In this document: piece after piece, positions 28,032 through 37,383 of the stretch | Layout of the letters: each line of letters starts with the position of its first letter | Numbering within the stretch: the first letter of the stretch is position 1 | Origin: an uncultured delta proteobacterium | Lineage (GTDB): Bacteria > Desulfobacterota > Desulfobacteria > Desulfobacterales > B30-G6 | Direction of reading: 5' to 3' | Assembly (NCBI GenBank): GCA_963823335.1 | Contig: CAWGLD010000006.1 | Coordinates: forward strand, 96,001-160,000 | Length of the DNA stretch: 64,000 nucleotides | Translations under genes and position numbers: made by a program | The notes under the pieces: generated by a model | The model's database searches: none | What the model was told of the DNA's origin: nothing | Seen by the model: the letters and a program-made list of their open reading frames with translations, nothing else

Positions 28032-29888
28032 ATGAAAGAAGATTTTTTTCTCGGTAACGGAGCCATCGCGCTGGGCCTTCTGGAAGCCGGATGCCAGGTA
28101 CTCACATCTTATCCGGGAACACCTAGTTCGGAGATACTGCCCGAAGCGGTCCGTTTGATAAAATCTGAAAAACTCAATACCTATGTGGAATGGTCTACCA
28201 ATGAGAAAGTGGCCCTGGACAATGCATACGCTGCCGCCATTAGCGGCAAACGATCGGCATGTATCATGAAGCAGGTAGGTCTGAACGTTGCAGCAGATTC
28301 GCTGATGAGTGCGGCTTATCTGGGAACCGTGGGGGGGCTGGTCATTATCTCCTGTGACGATCCCGGCCCGCATTCATCTCAGACGGAGCAGGATACACGC
28401 CTGATGGCCCGCTTGGCGAAAGTCCCGGTACTGGATCCGTCTAACCCGCAGGAGGCTCGGGAGATGGTTATAACTGCCTTCGAACTTTCAGAAAAATACA
28501 GACTGCCGGTTATTCTGAGACCGGCTATCCGGGTATGTCATGCCAGGCAAAACCTGACCTGGGACAGCCTCCAGGCCAACCATCGCCCAGCTGAATTTAA
28601 AAAGGATCCCTTGCGTTGGGCCGCCACGCCAAAATATCGATTTCTGCTCCACAAAGAGCTCAATAACAAGTTGAAAAAAATTGCACAAGAATTCGACGAT
28701 CTAAAGCCCTACAACACACATGATCTGAAGCCTGGAATGCATTTCCCTTTGGGTATTATTGCCGGCGGGGTTCCAAGTTCCGTTGTTAAAGACATTTTAA
28801 ATGACTATGGGCGCACAGATATCCCTATACTGAAAATCGGGGCGCCCTACCCCTTTCCCGACAGCCTCGCCATGACATTTTTACAGGCATGCGACAGGGT
28901 TCTGGTGATTGAAGAAACCGATACGCTGATTGAATACTGTCTGCGGAATCGCGCAAAGGTTTTAGGCCGTTTCACCAGTCATGTCCCGTCTGAAGGTGAG
29001 CTGGTGCCCGAGAAAGTTGAAGGAGTTCTGGAAGCGGTTTTGGCAGAACTCGATCTGCCAAAACTGAACAGCGATTCTCTGGATACTGCCCAGGCTCTCG
29101 TAAACAGTCTTGAACTGCCCATACGAAAACCGACCCTCTGTTCAGGGTGTATGCACCGGTCAGTCTTTTACAGCATTCGCAAGTCCCGTCCCAAGGCAAT
29201 TTTTACCTCCGATATCGGATGTTATACACTGGGTCTCAATCTGGGAAGCGTGGACACGGTTCTGGACATGGGCGCCTCCATCACCATGGCTTCAGGGTTT
29301 TACCATGCCTATGCACAGGATGGTAAGCAGCAACCGATCGTTGCGACCATCGGCGACTCTACCTTTTACCATTCCGGACCTGCCGGCCTGTTGAACGCCG
29401 TCTACAATGATGCCCGATTTGTACTGGTAATTCTGGACAATATGACAACCGCCATGACAGGCATGCAGCCGACCCCATCACTTGGAATACGGGCCGACGG
29501 CAGCAAAGGCAAACAGATACCGCTCGAGAGACTCATAGCAGGATGTGGTATCGACTTCATAGAGGTGATCGACCCCTATGGGCTGAAAGATCTGCACAAA
29601 ACACTCAAGAAAGCGTTTGCCTACGTAAAGGACCCTGATGGTGGTATTGCCGTCGTCATAGCCCGTCATGCTTGCGTCATTGCATACAGGGATCTGGCAA
29701 TCCAAAACAGAAAGGAAGTTACCATAACCGATGAGTGTATTGCGTGCAACCACTGCATAGAACGATTCGAATGTCCAGCCCTTTATCATGACGCCCATAA
29801 CGATAAAACGGCTATCAATCCGGCGCTGTGTATCGGATGCGCCGTCTGCGTTGATGTTTGCCCCAAACAGGCGATTGTGGCTAAATAG
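28032..29888 (+). CDS. iorA: Indolepyruvate:ferredoxin oxidoreductase alpha subunit
   Basis: YPGTPSSE, NEKVA, MKQVGLNVAAD, SSQTEQD, CSGCMH, DIGCY and GDSTFYH motifs; C-terminal 2x[4Fe-4S]. Confidence 0.93.
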   Translation: MKEDFFLGNGAIALGLLEAGCQVLTSYPGTPSSEILPEAVRLIKSEKLNTYVEWSTNEKVALDNAYAAAISGKRSACIMKQVGLNVAADSLMSAAYLGTVGGLVIISCDDPGPHSSQTEQDTRLMARLAKVPVLDPSNPQEAREMVITAFELSEKYRLPVILRPAIRVCHARQNLTWDSLQANHRPAEFKKDPLRWAATPKYRFLLHKELNNKLKKIAQEFDDLKPYNTHDLKPGMHFPLGIIAGGVPSSVVKDILNDYGRTDIPILKIGAPYPFPDSLAMTFLQACDRVLVIEETDTLIEYCLRNRAKVLGRFTSHVPSEGELVPEKVEGVLEAVLAELDLPKLNSDSLDTAQALVNSLELPIRKPTLCSGCMHRSVFYSIRKSRPKAIFTSDIGCYTLGLNLGSVDTVLDMGASITMASGFYHAYAQDGKQQPIVATIGDSTFYHSGPAGLLNAVYNDARFVLVILDNMTTAMTGMQPTPSLGIRADGSKGKQIPLERLIAGCGIDFIEVIDPYGLKDLHKTLKKAFAYVKDPDGGIAVVIARHACVIAYRDLAIQNRKEVTITDECIACNHCIERFECPALYHDAHNDKTAINPALCIGCAVCVDVCPKQAIVAK

Positions 29889-30024
29889 AGGGTGGTTGAG
29901 GGTTAGAGGGGTTGGAGGGGTTCGGCTTTTGGTTACCCTTACAAGTGGCTCACCAATTACATGAGCCTAAGAATTCAGAAGTCAGAAGTTCGTAAAGCTC
30001 CAAATTGTTTTAATGCTGGAAACC

Positions 30025-30165
30025 GAATGAACATCGAACATCGAACGTCCAACATCGAATTTTGAATTTGAAAAGACGAACTAACAGAAATAATTTGGTA
30101 TTGGTTTTTTGTTTTCATTCAACATTGAACGTTCGATGTTCGATGTTGGACGTTGGACGTTCGTC
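30025..30165. repeat. 7-bp-period inverted tandem array (AACATCG/AACGTCC ... CGATGTT/GGACGTT)
   Basis: Same family at ~30810-31005, ~35321-35462 and ~56527-56648. Confidence 0.85.
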
Positions 30166-30216
30166 TTTATCATGTCATCAGTAATAAATTAAGCATTCAA
30201 AACTGAAGGAGGCTAT

Positions 30217-30786
30217 ATGCCTACCATAAATTTTGTACTCAGCGGCCTGGGTGGCCAGGGCATCCTGTTTATGACCAAAATCATTGCCAATACGGCATTG
30301 CGTAAAGGCTACAATGTCATGGGAGCGGAAACACATGGCATGGCACAGCGAGGAGGCTCTGTCATTTCTCACCTCAGGTTAGGCAATGTCAACAGCAGCC
30401 TTGTCAAAACTGGTTCAGCACAGTTCCTGCTGGCTCTTGAAGAAAATGAAGCCTACCGCAATCTTCCCTTTCTTGCAAAAAACGGACACCTATACAGCGA
30501 CACGGTTTCAGGCGATTTTCCTATGCCGAAGGTCAAACCCTATCTTGATAAAATGGGTATACGATACGATGCCCTGCCGGCCGGCAAAATCGCTCTTGAA
30601 TTAGGTGCGCCTGTGTCCTCCAATCTGGCCATGATTGGCTTTTTTGCCGCATTTCAGGAGGGACCTTTTGCAGCGGATGATTTTCAAGAGACCATCGAGA
30701 GCATCAGTCCGGGACGATTCAAGGATATCAACTTGCGGGTTTTTGAAAAAGGTCTTTCTGCAGGTAATACGGCTAGAGCATTATGA
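30217..30786 (+). CDS. iorB: Indolepyruvate:ferredoxin oxidoreductase beta subunit
   Basis: GLGGQG and ETHGMAQRGGSV motifs. Confidence 0.93.
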   Translation: MPTINFVLSGLGGQGILFMTKIIANTALRKGYNVMGAETHGMAQRGGSVISHLRLGNVNSSLVKTGSAQFLLALEENEAYRNLPFLAKNGHLYSDTVSGDFPMPKVKPYLDKMGIRYDALPAGKIALELGAPVSSNLAMIGFFAAFQEGPFAADDFQETIESISPGRFKDINLRVFEKGLSAGNTARAL

Positions 30787-30965
30787 CGATATAATTTCTA
30801 ATTAAAAAGATGAACGTCCAACATCGAACGCTGAACATCGAATGAAAACGAATAGTAAAGAGCACTCTGTAACAAGATGTGTCGGCGGGCTCAAGCCCCG
30901 TCGATAGGGGAAATGTGCTCGCTGCCGGCGTTCAATACCGACATCTGTTTCTTCATGTTACAAAT

Positions 30966-32519
30966 TTAACATTCGATGTTGGACGTTCGATGTTCAATGT
31001 TCATTCGTAGTTCGGTTTTTCTGACCTTCCCAAGGGCGGTCCGGGGCAGTTCTTTTACGAAAGTTAATTGTTTTGGATGTTTGTAGCGTGCCAACCGTTC
31101 ATGGCAGTACCGCTGAACATCGGCTAATTCAAAGCTGCTTTCATTTTGCGGTATGACAAAGGCATGACCGGTGAATCCCCAGACTGCATCCGGCATGCCC
31201 ACGACGGCGATATCATCGATGCCATCCATTTCCCGTAATATAGCCTCCACTTCGGCAGGGTAAACGTTTTCGCCTCCGGAAATATACATATCGTCGACCC
31301 TGTCCACCAGGTAATAATAACCGTCTTGATCCACATATGCCAGGTCTCCGGTATGGAGATACCCATTTTTAATGGTTGCATCGGTTTGTTCAGGGTCCTG
31401 CCAGTATTCTTTCATCATAATGGATCCCCGAACGACAATTTCACCGATCTCTCCCGGGCTTACCCGACGGCCGCTCCTGTCAAGAATACTGACCTCGGCA
31501 TGGAAGACAGGTCTTCCAACTGTTCCTGGTCTATTCAAGGAAACATCTTCCGACGCCCACAAAAGAATGGATGTTTCTGTTTGACCCATGATCTGGCGGA
31601 ATCCAAATCCACTCGCCTTGCAGGCCTGAAATAACTCTTTGGATGTTTTTTCTCCGCCGCCTGCAATGGTCTTTAAGGACGACACATCCCTGCGTTGCTC
31701 GGGCGGGACATTGAGAAGTGATCGAAAGACCGTTGGCACACCTAAAAATTTGCTTACACGATATTTTTCGATGTCCCTGTAAACGGATACAGCATCAAAT
31801 TTTGTGTGAAGCAGAATGGTTGCGCCTTTGTAAAGGGTCGGTGCTGCCTGGATAAAAAGGCCGCCGGAGTGAAAAAGGGGTAGCACGATCAACATGATAT
31901 CATCAAAGTTGAGTTTGAAGAATATCTCCGCATTCAGGCAGTTAAAAAAAGTTTTTCTGTGGGAGAGCACGGCGCCCTTGGGTGCACCGGTTGTCCCGGA
32001 AGTGTACATAATCACTTGGGGTTCTTCAGGGTCTGATGGGCCCAGAGATCTTGAAACAAAGGGTTGTTTACCGTCGAGTGCGACCGTTTCGCGATTGTAG
32101 CAGCGGATATTTCCTGAAGGCAAAACATCCCCCACGACAGCCAAGAGCATCGGCGGGAGCTGATTTTCCAAGCCGATGCTTTCAACCATATGCATATATG
32201 CTTGATCGTAAATGAACAACCTGGGCCTGGCGTTGGCGATAGGGTGGTTCAGTTCCCCAGCGGTGACGCGGTAGTTGATGGGGACAAAAATTGCACCCAG
32301 TCTGGAACAGGCCAGAAACACTTCGATGAACTCCAGCGAATTCATAAGCATCACGGCGACCCGGTCTCCCTTTTCTATTCCCAGAGACTGCAGCCATGAG
32401 GCGGTTCGGTTGGATCGACCATGCAGCTCACGGTAGGTAATGACACGGTTATTGAAAATGACAGCCGGTTTTTCAGGATGCAGTTCCCGCCATCGTTGCA
32501 CCCAGAAGGCGATGTTCAT
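30966..32519 (-). CDS. AMP-forming acyl-CoA ligase (FadD/MenE-like)
   Basis: YTSGTTGAPKG, GQTE, TGDL, SGGENVYP and LGKV motifs. Likely start MNIAFW at 32519; the ORF-track extension is repeat-derived. Confidence 0.88.
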   Translation of the reverse strand: MNIAFWVQRWRELHPEKPAVIFNNRVITYRELHGRSNRTASWLQSLGIEKGDRVAVMLMNSLEFIEVFLACSRLGAIFVPINYRVTAGELNHPIANARPRLFIYDQAYMHMVESIGLENQLPPMLLAVVGDVLPSGNIRCYNRETVALDGKQPFVSRSLGPSDPEEPQVIMYTSGTTGAPKGAVLSHRKTFFNCLNAEIFFKLNFDDIMLIVLPLFHSGGLFIQAAPTLYKGATILLHTKFDAVSVYRDIEKYRVSKFLGVPTVFRSLLNVPPEQRRDVSSLKTIAGGGEKTSKELFQACKASGFGFRQIMGQTETSILLWASEDVSLNRPGTVGRPVFHAEVSILDRSGRRVSPGEIGEIVVRGSIMMKEYWQDPEQTDATIKNGYLHTGDLAYVDQDGYYYLVDRVDDMYISGGENVYPAEVEAILREMDGIDDIAVVGMPDAVWGFTGHAFVIPQNESSFELADVQRYCHERLARYKHPKQLTFVKELPRTALGKVRKTELRMNIEHRTSNIEC

Positions 32520-32613
32520 TGATTTTATCATTTTGGCATAAATTGGTGTTTGTGTTTGTGTTTGGTATTTTGTGTTTGGTGCAGGCGTTTGATTACTTGC
32601 AAAACACGAAACA

Positions 32614-33036
32614 CTATTTATTTTCAAACCCTTCCCACTTGTCGTCAATCAGTTCGAGCAGTACACCATTCATTTTGTCCGGGTGGATAAAGGCAAATTC
32701 ACAATCACGGAAGGAACGGGCACCACCGACAAATGGATATGACCTGGGTTCAAGTTCGTCTATGGCCTCCCGGGTGTTGTCGACATTCAGGCTGATCAGC
32801 ATAATGCCTTCCCCTCTTTTTTCGATGAACTTCGCCACCTCTCCATCGGGGGATGTCGATTCCATCAGCTCAAACCCGACATTGCCAAGCCAGTAACGGG
32901 CCACACGTATTTTCTCAGGCTCGTCTACGTAGGCATCATCGGGTTTATCCTTGCCCAGCACCGGCTCCCAAATTTTTCTGGCCGATTCCAGATTCCTGAC
33001 AGCAATACAGATGTGATCAATTTTGTTGATTTTCAT
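32614..33036 (-). CDS. Methylmalonyl-CoA epimerase-like VOC-family protein
   Basis: IDHICIAV, ELMES, KFIEKRGEG and FIHP..MNGVLLEL motifs. Confidence 0.85.
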   Translation of the reverse strand: MKINKIDHICIAVRNLESARKIWEPVLGKDKPDDAYVDEPEKIRVARYWLGNVGFELMESTSPDGEVAKFIEKRGEGIMLISLNVDNTREAIDELEPRSYPFVGGARSFRDCEFAFIHPDKMNGVLLELIDDKWEGFENK

Positions 33037-33351
33037 AGGTGCCCCCTGTCTTCTTGATTAGAACCTATCTCAAAAATGTCTTTTATCCCAATCTCTGTTT
33101 GCATTAAGATGATGCACTGTACCCCAACCTTAAAAAGCAAGTCAAGTTAGAAGGCTGCGCACCACAGGACGTGTCATCAAATTGGTCTTTCCAGCTTGAC
33201 ATTCACCGGGTTATCTGTGAGTTATATAGCCTGTATCAAATGTACATTTTCAGATGGATCAATTCCTACAAACCTTATATTCCTGAAGCCAATTTTCTTA
33301 AAACATGAAACAGGCACTTTTAAGTGTCACTATTTCCAATCCGTCATATTA

Positions 33352-33494
33352 TTAACCTGGCAACTAAATAGCTCACAATGCGTCATGCCGGACTCGATCC
33401 GGCATCCAGTGCCTTTCTGGATAGCGCTAAAGCTTCACTTCATGCCCCGCCTGCGCGGGAATGACAGCCTTAACACATTCAATTGCCGGAGTAA
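33352..33494. mobile_element. Small element with imperfect TIRs enclosing a REP-type GTCATGCCGGA...GCGGGAATGAC palindrome pair
   Basis: TTAACCTGGCAACT...AATTGCCGGAGTAA ends; internal REP at 33382-33465; partial relative at ~48124-48177. Confidence 0.55.
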
Positions 33495-33554
33495 CACGAT
33501 CACTGGTGTTCGCTATACAATCTTCTAACCTACTGAACAGGGAGGGCGTTTACC

Positions 33555-35258
33555 ATGTACGAAGATAGATTCTGGAAAAAAAATTGGGATGAAGGTGTTG
33601 ATGATTTAGATCCAAATCTGTTTGAAACGACTTTTGTCACTATTATCGAAAAAGCGTTTCAAGATGTTCCGGATAAAACAGCCATGGGGTTTTTAGGCAT
33701 CGATATAACTTTCAGTAAATTGAATGATTATGCCAATCAATTTGCCAACATGCTGATGCTAAATGGTTTCAAAAAAGGGGATGTGGTTGGGATCAACCTG
33801 CCAAATATTCCCCAGTATGTTATCAGCGTTATCGGAACCTTACGGGCGGGTTGCATCGTATCCGGGGTTTCACCACTTCTCTCTGCAGAACAGATCAAGT
33901 ATCAGCTCAATGATCTTGGAAGCACAGGCAAAAAAGTCGCCCTTGTCACCCTCGATGCGATCTTTGCTGGTCATCTTGTAAAAATTGCATCCGACATACC
34001 CCAGTTGAAGCTCGTTGTTGCAACGAGTGTTGCGAGTTTCCTTCCAAAAATCAAACAGTTCATGGGAAAACTTCTAAAAAAAATCCCCAGCGGCAAAGTC
34101 ACACCGTTGCCTGGAATCACCGTTCTGGACTACCACAAAGATGTCTTTGCCAGATATAACACCAGGTCGGTTTCCGTCGACTTGACACCGGATGATCTGG
34201 GATGGATTCAATATACGGGTGGCACAACCGGTGATCCCAAAGGTGCCATGCTGACCCATAGAAACGGGTGTCACAACATTATGAGCATCGCTGCCTGGCT
34301 GGGCTGGGCTCGCAATGAGGGTGTTCTGCTTTCTGGCTTTCCTTTTTTCCATATAGCCGGGCTGACCGTTTGCGAGAGCGCCATCTATATGGGTTGGACA
34401 CAGGTGCTGATCCCCAATCCTCGGGACACGGACCACATTTGCAATGAAATGCTGAAATACCACCCTACCAATATGGCCAATGTTCCCTCCCTTTATCAGA
34501 TGCTGATCGAAAACCCAAAATTCCAGGAAATGGACCATGCCAGTCTCGGAACGTGTATTTCTGCGGCAGCCCCCTTTCCAAAGGAGTCTCAAGTAGTTCT
34601 GGAGAATATCATCGGAAAGGGAAAGCTACTGGAACTTTACGGAATGACGGAGACATCACCGGTGTCTACCATGAACCCCTCCAGAGGAAAAAAGAAGCTT
34701 GGAACGGTAGGTATGCCGTTTTTGAATACGCAAATCAAACTTGTGGACCCGGCTTCGGGGGAAAACGTTCCTCCAGGCGAGCCGGGTGAGGTATGTGTCA
34801 AGGGTCCTCTGGTCATGAAAGGGTATTTCAACAAACCCGAAGCCACGGCCCAGGCTATCGATGCTGATGGATACATGCACACCGGCGATGTGGGTATTAT
34901 GGACGAAGAAGGTTACATCAAGATTGTTGACAGAACAAAGGACATGATTATCGTGGGAGGGTTCAAAGTTTTCTCCAGCAAAGTGGAAGACATACTGGCT
35001 CAACACCCAGCTATTTCCGTACTGGCCCTGATAGGTGTCGAAAACCCCGATCGTCCTGGTTCAGAAATAGTGAAAGCCTATATTCAGTTGACACCTGAAG
35101 CCACAAAGGATACTGGCGAGGACGCTCTGAAAGAAGACATCATCGAATTTGCCAAGGATAAGTGTTCACCCTATGAAGTTCCCAAGATTATCGAATTCAT
35201 GGATGAAATACCCCTGACGGCAGTTGGCAAAATCGATAAGAAGGTGCTGAGGAAATAA
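33555..35258 (+). CDS. Long-chain/aryl acyl-CoA ligase (AMP-forming)
   Basis: YTGGTTGDPKG, YGMTETSP, HTGD and VGKI motifs. Confidence 0.9.
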   Translation: MYEDRFWKKNWDEGVDDLDPNLFETTFVTIIEKAFQDVPDKTAMGFLGIDITFSKLNDYANQFANMLMLNGFKKGDVVGINLPNIPQYVISVIGTLRAGCIVSGVSPLLSAEQIKYQLNDLGSTGKKVALVTLDAIFAGHLVKIASDIPQLKLVVATSVASFLPKIKQFMGKLLKKIPSGKVTPLPGITVLDYHKDVFARYNTRSVSVDLTPDDLGWIQYTGGTTGDPKGAMLTHRNGCHNIMSIAAWLGWARNEGVLLSGFPFFHIAGLTVCESAIYMGWTQVLIPNPRDTDHICNEMLKYHPTNMANVPSLYQMLIENPKFQEMDHASLGTCISAAAPFPKESQVVLENIIGKGKLLELYGMTETSPVSTMNPSRGKKKLGTVGMPFLNTQIKLVDPASGENVPPGEPGEVCVKGPLVMKGYFNKPEATAQAIDADGYMHTGDVGIMDEEGYIKIVDRTKDMIIVGGFKVFSSKVEDILAQHPAISVLALIGVENPDRPGSEIVKAYIQLTPEATKDTGEDALKEDIIEFAKDKCSPYEVPKIIEFMDEIPLTAVGKIDKKVLRK

Positions 35259-35356
35259 GGAAAGGGTTCGAGGATTCGAGGGGCCAAGGGATCGAGGGGT
35301 TGTTTTACCGATGGAGAAAGAATGAACATCCAACGTCCAACGTCCAACATCGAATT

Positions 35357-35409
35357 TTGAACCGCAACAGCGAGCGCATTCCCCGTAGCTTGTTGCGAGG
35401 TTCCTCAAT
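35357..35409 (-). repeat. Short copy of the GCAGCAAGCTAC hairpin repeat family, nested in a heptamer array
   Basis: Reverse complement of the ends of 59928-60047. Confidence 0.7.
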
Positions 35410-35522
35410 GTTTCTTTTAATTCGACGTTGGGTGTTTAATGTTTGTTGTTCGACGTTCATCTTTTAAAAAATATGACATTATAACAATTCTACCTTATGA
35501 ATGGTAATAGGCCCCATTAAAC

Positions 35523-36947
35523 ATGATCAATAAAACCAAAATAGTCGCTACGCTGGGTCCTGCATCCAACAGCCGGTCGGTAATTCAAAAAATGATTGAG
35601 GCTGGAATGAATGTTGTCCGTCTCAACTTTTCACATGGGACTTATGAAACCCACACAGAGTCCATCAAGCTGATTCGTTCGCTTTCACGTACAATGAACC
35701 GGCATGTCGGTATTCTTCTCGATCTGCAGGGGCCTAAAATCAGAACCGGTAAACTGAAAGACGGTGAACCGATCTACCTAGAAACCGGAAAAACGATTCA
35801 AATAACGACTCAGGATATCGTCGGTACAACGGATAAAATATCAGCAACCTACGCGGACCTGGCCAATGACACAAAAAAGGGCGACACCATTCTTCTGGAC
35901 GATGGTCTGCTTGAACTTGTGGTTATGTCCAAGAGAAAGGATGTCATAACCTGCAGGATTCGCAATGGTGGCTGGCTCAAAGAAAACAAGGGCATCAACC
36001 TGCCCGGGGTCTCGATAAGCGCGCCTTCTCTGACGCCAAAAGACGTCAGGGACTTGAATTTCGGTATCAAGATGAGTGTCGATTTCTTCGCCCTTTCCTT
36101 TGTCCGAAGTGCCGACGACGTGATGGAGATCAAGAAGCACATCCGCAAACAAGGACAAGACACACCGGTTATCGCTAAGATCGAGAAACCAGAAGCTGTC
36201 GACAACCTGGACGCCATACTGAAAGTTGCCGATGGCATCATGGTGGCCAGGGGTGATCTCGGCGTCGAGATGAAGCCCGAGAAAGTACCCACAATTCAAA
36301 AAACAATCATCAAAGCCGCCATCCTGGCCAACAAACCTGTTATTACGGCGACACAAATGCTGGAAACCATGTCTGTCAACCCAATTCCCACCAGGGCTGA
36401 GGCATCCGATGTAGCCAATGCCATTTATGACGGCACAGATGCGGTCATGCTTTCCGGTGAGACCGCCACGGGTAAGTATCCTGTGGAATCAGTCGGTATG
36501 ATGACAAGAATTGCTGCCCGAACCGAGTGTTCGGTGTTCATGAAATACAATCGCAAACATAAGTGTGTCCCGGACGACCCGGTAGCACATGCTGTTTCCC
36601 GGTCTGCGGTGAAAATTCTGCACGAGCTCAACGCAAAAGGAATTCTGGCCTTTTCCGTGTCAGGCAACACGGCCAGGCTGATTTCCAAAAACCGCCCTTC
36701 CGAACCTGTTTTTGCTTTTTCACCCAGTCTGCCGACCTGCAATCAACTGACCCTTGTCTGGGGTGTCACACCACTCTATTTGCCCAATATCAAGGATGCA
36801 CAGCAACTCATTAAAGCCAGCGTGCGCATAATGATCCATAAGAAGCTGACCAAGGTCAATGATCTCATCGTGATTGTTATCGGACTTGGGTTTAAAAAAG
36901 GATCCACCAATGTGATAAAGATCCATCGAATCGGCCAGGACGACTAA
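35523..36947 (+). CDS. pyk: Pyruvate kinase
   Basis: KTKIVATLGPAS, RLNFSHG, DLQGPKIR, MVARGDLG, ATQML and MLSGETA motifs. Confidence 0.96.
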   Translation: MINKTKIVATLGPASNSRSVIQKMIEAGMNVVRLNFSHGTYETHTESIKLIRSLSRTMNRHVGILLDLQGPKIRTGKLKDGEPIYLETGKTIQITTQDIVGTTDKISATYADLANDTKKGDTILLDDGLLELVVMSKRKDVITCRIRNGGWLKENKGINLPGVSISAPSLTPKDVRDLNFGIKMSVDFFALSFVRSADDVMEIKKHIRKQGQDTPVIAKIEKPEAVDNLDAILKVADGIMVARGDLGVEMKPEKVPTIQKTIIKAAILANKPVITATQMLETMSVNPIPTRAEASDVANAIYDGTDAVMLSGETATGKYPVESVGMMTRIAARTECSVFMKYNRKHKCVPDDPVAHAVSRSAVKILHELNAKGILAFSVSGNTARLISKNRPSEPVFAFSPSLPTCNQLTLVWGVTPLYLPNIKDAQQLIKASVRIMIHKKLTKVNDLIVIVIGLGFKKGSTNVIKIHRIGQDD

Positions 36948-36984
36948 ATACTTTTTAGAAAAATTTTTTGCAGCAACATATCCA

Positions 36985-37320
36985 ATGGCTATCATGACAC
37001 TGCACAAAAAACGAACAGCTTTTTTTCTGATTGCGGGAACACTCGCCATACTTATGCTGTCAGGGACCTTGTCTAGCGCCAAAGATATCACTGGAAACTG
37101 GCAGGCGGCAGATCTGAAAGAGAACAAAAATTTTTTGTTCTCTTTTGGACCTGAGCATGATTTTTTTATCGAGCCGGAAGTCAATGCTGTGTTTATTGGT
37201 GTCGATACCGATCCATCTCATGCGGACAACGAGGATAACGAGGATAATGAGGATGTCGATTGGAATGTCTATGCAAGCTGCTTTATAACGGGACTGGCGG
37301 GTATTTTTGGTTCACCATAA
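36985..37320 (+). CDS. Hypothetical exported protein with an acidic DNE repeat
   Basis: Signal-peptide-like N-terminus; 9-bp GAGGATAA(C/T) repeat; no family recognised. Confidence 0.4.
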   Translation: MAIMTLHKKRTAFFLIAGTLAILMLSGTLSSAKDITGNWQAADLKENKNFLFSFGPEHDFFIEPEVNAVFIGVDTDPSHADNEDNEDNEDVDWNVYASCFITGLAGIFGSP

Positions 37321-37383
37321 ACCTGTGTCCGTTCGATGTTCATTCGTTTTTAGCACCCAGTTATCACCCCAGATATATGGACC

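Noticed and set aside
30025-30165. CRISPR array
   Set aside because: Units are 7-bp degenerate tandem repeats without unique spacers; there are no cas genes.
33196-33528. 110-aa ORF, and 20452-20766
   Set aside because: They span promoter or REP sequence or overlap a real gene out of frame; no RBS or family features.
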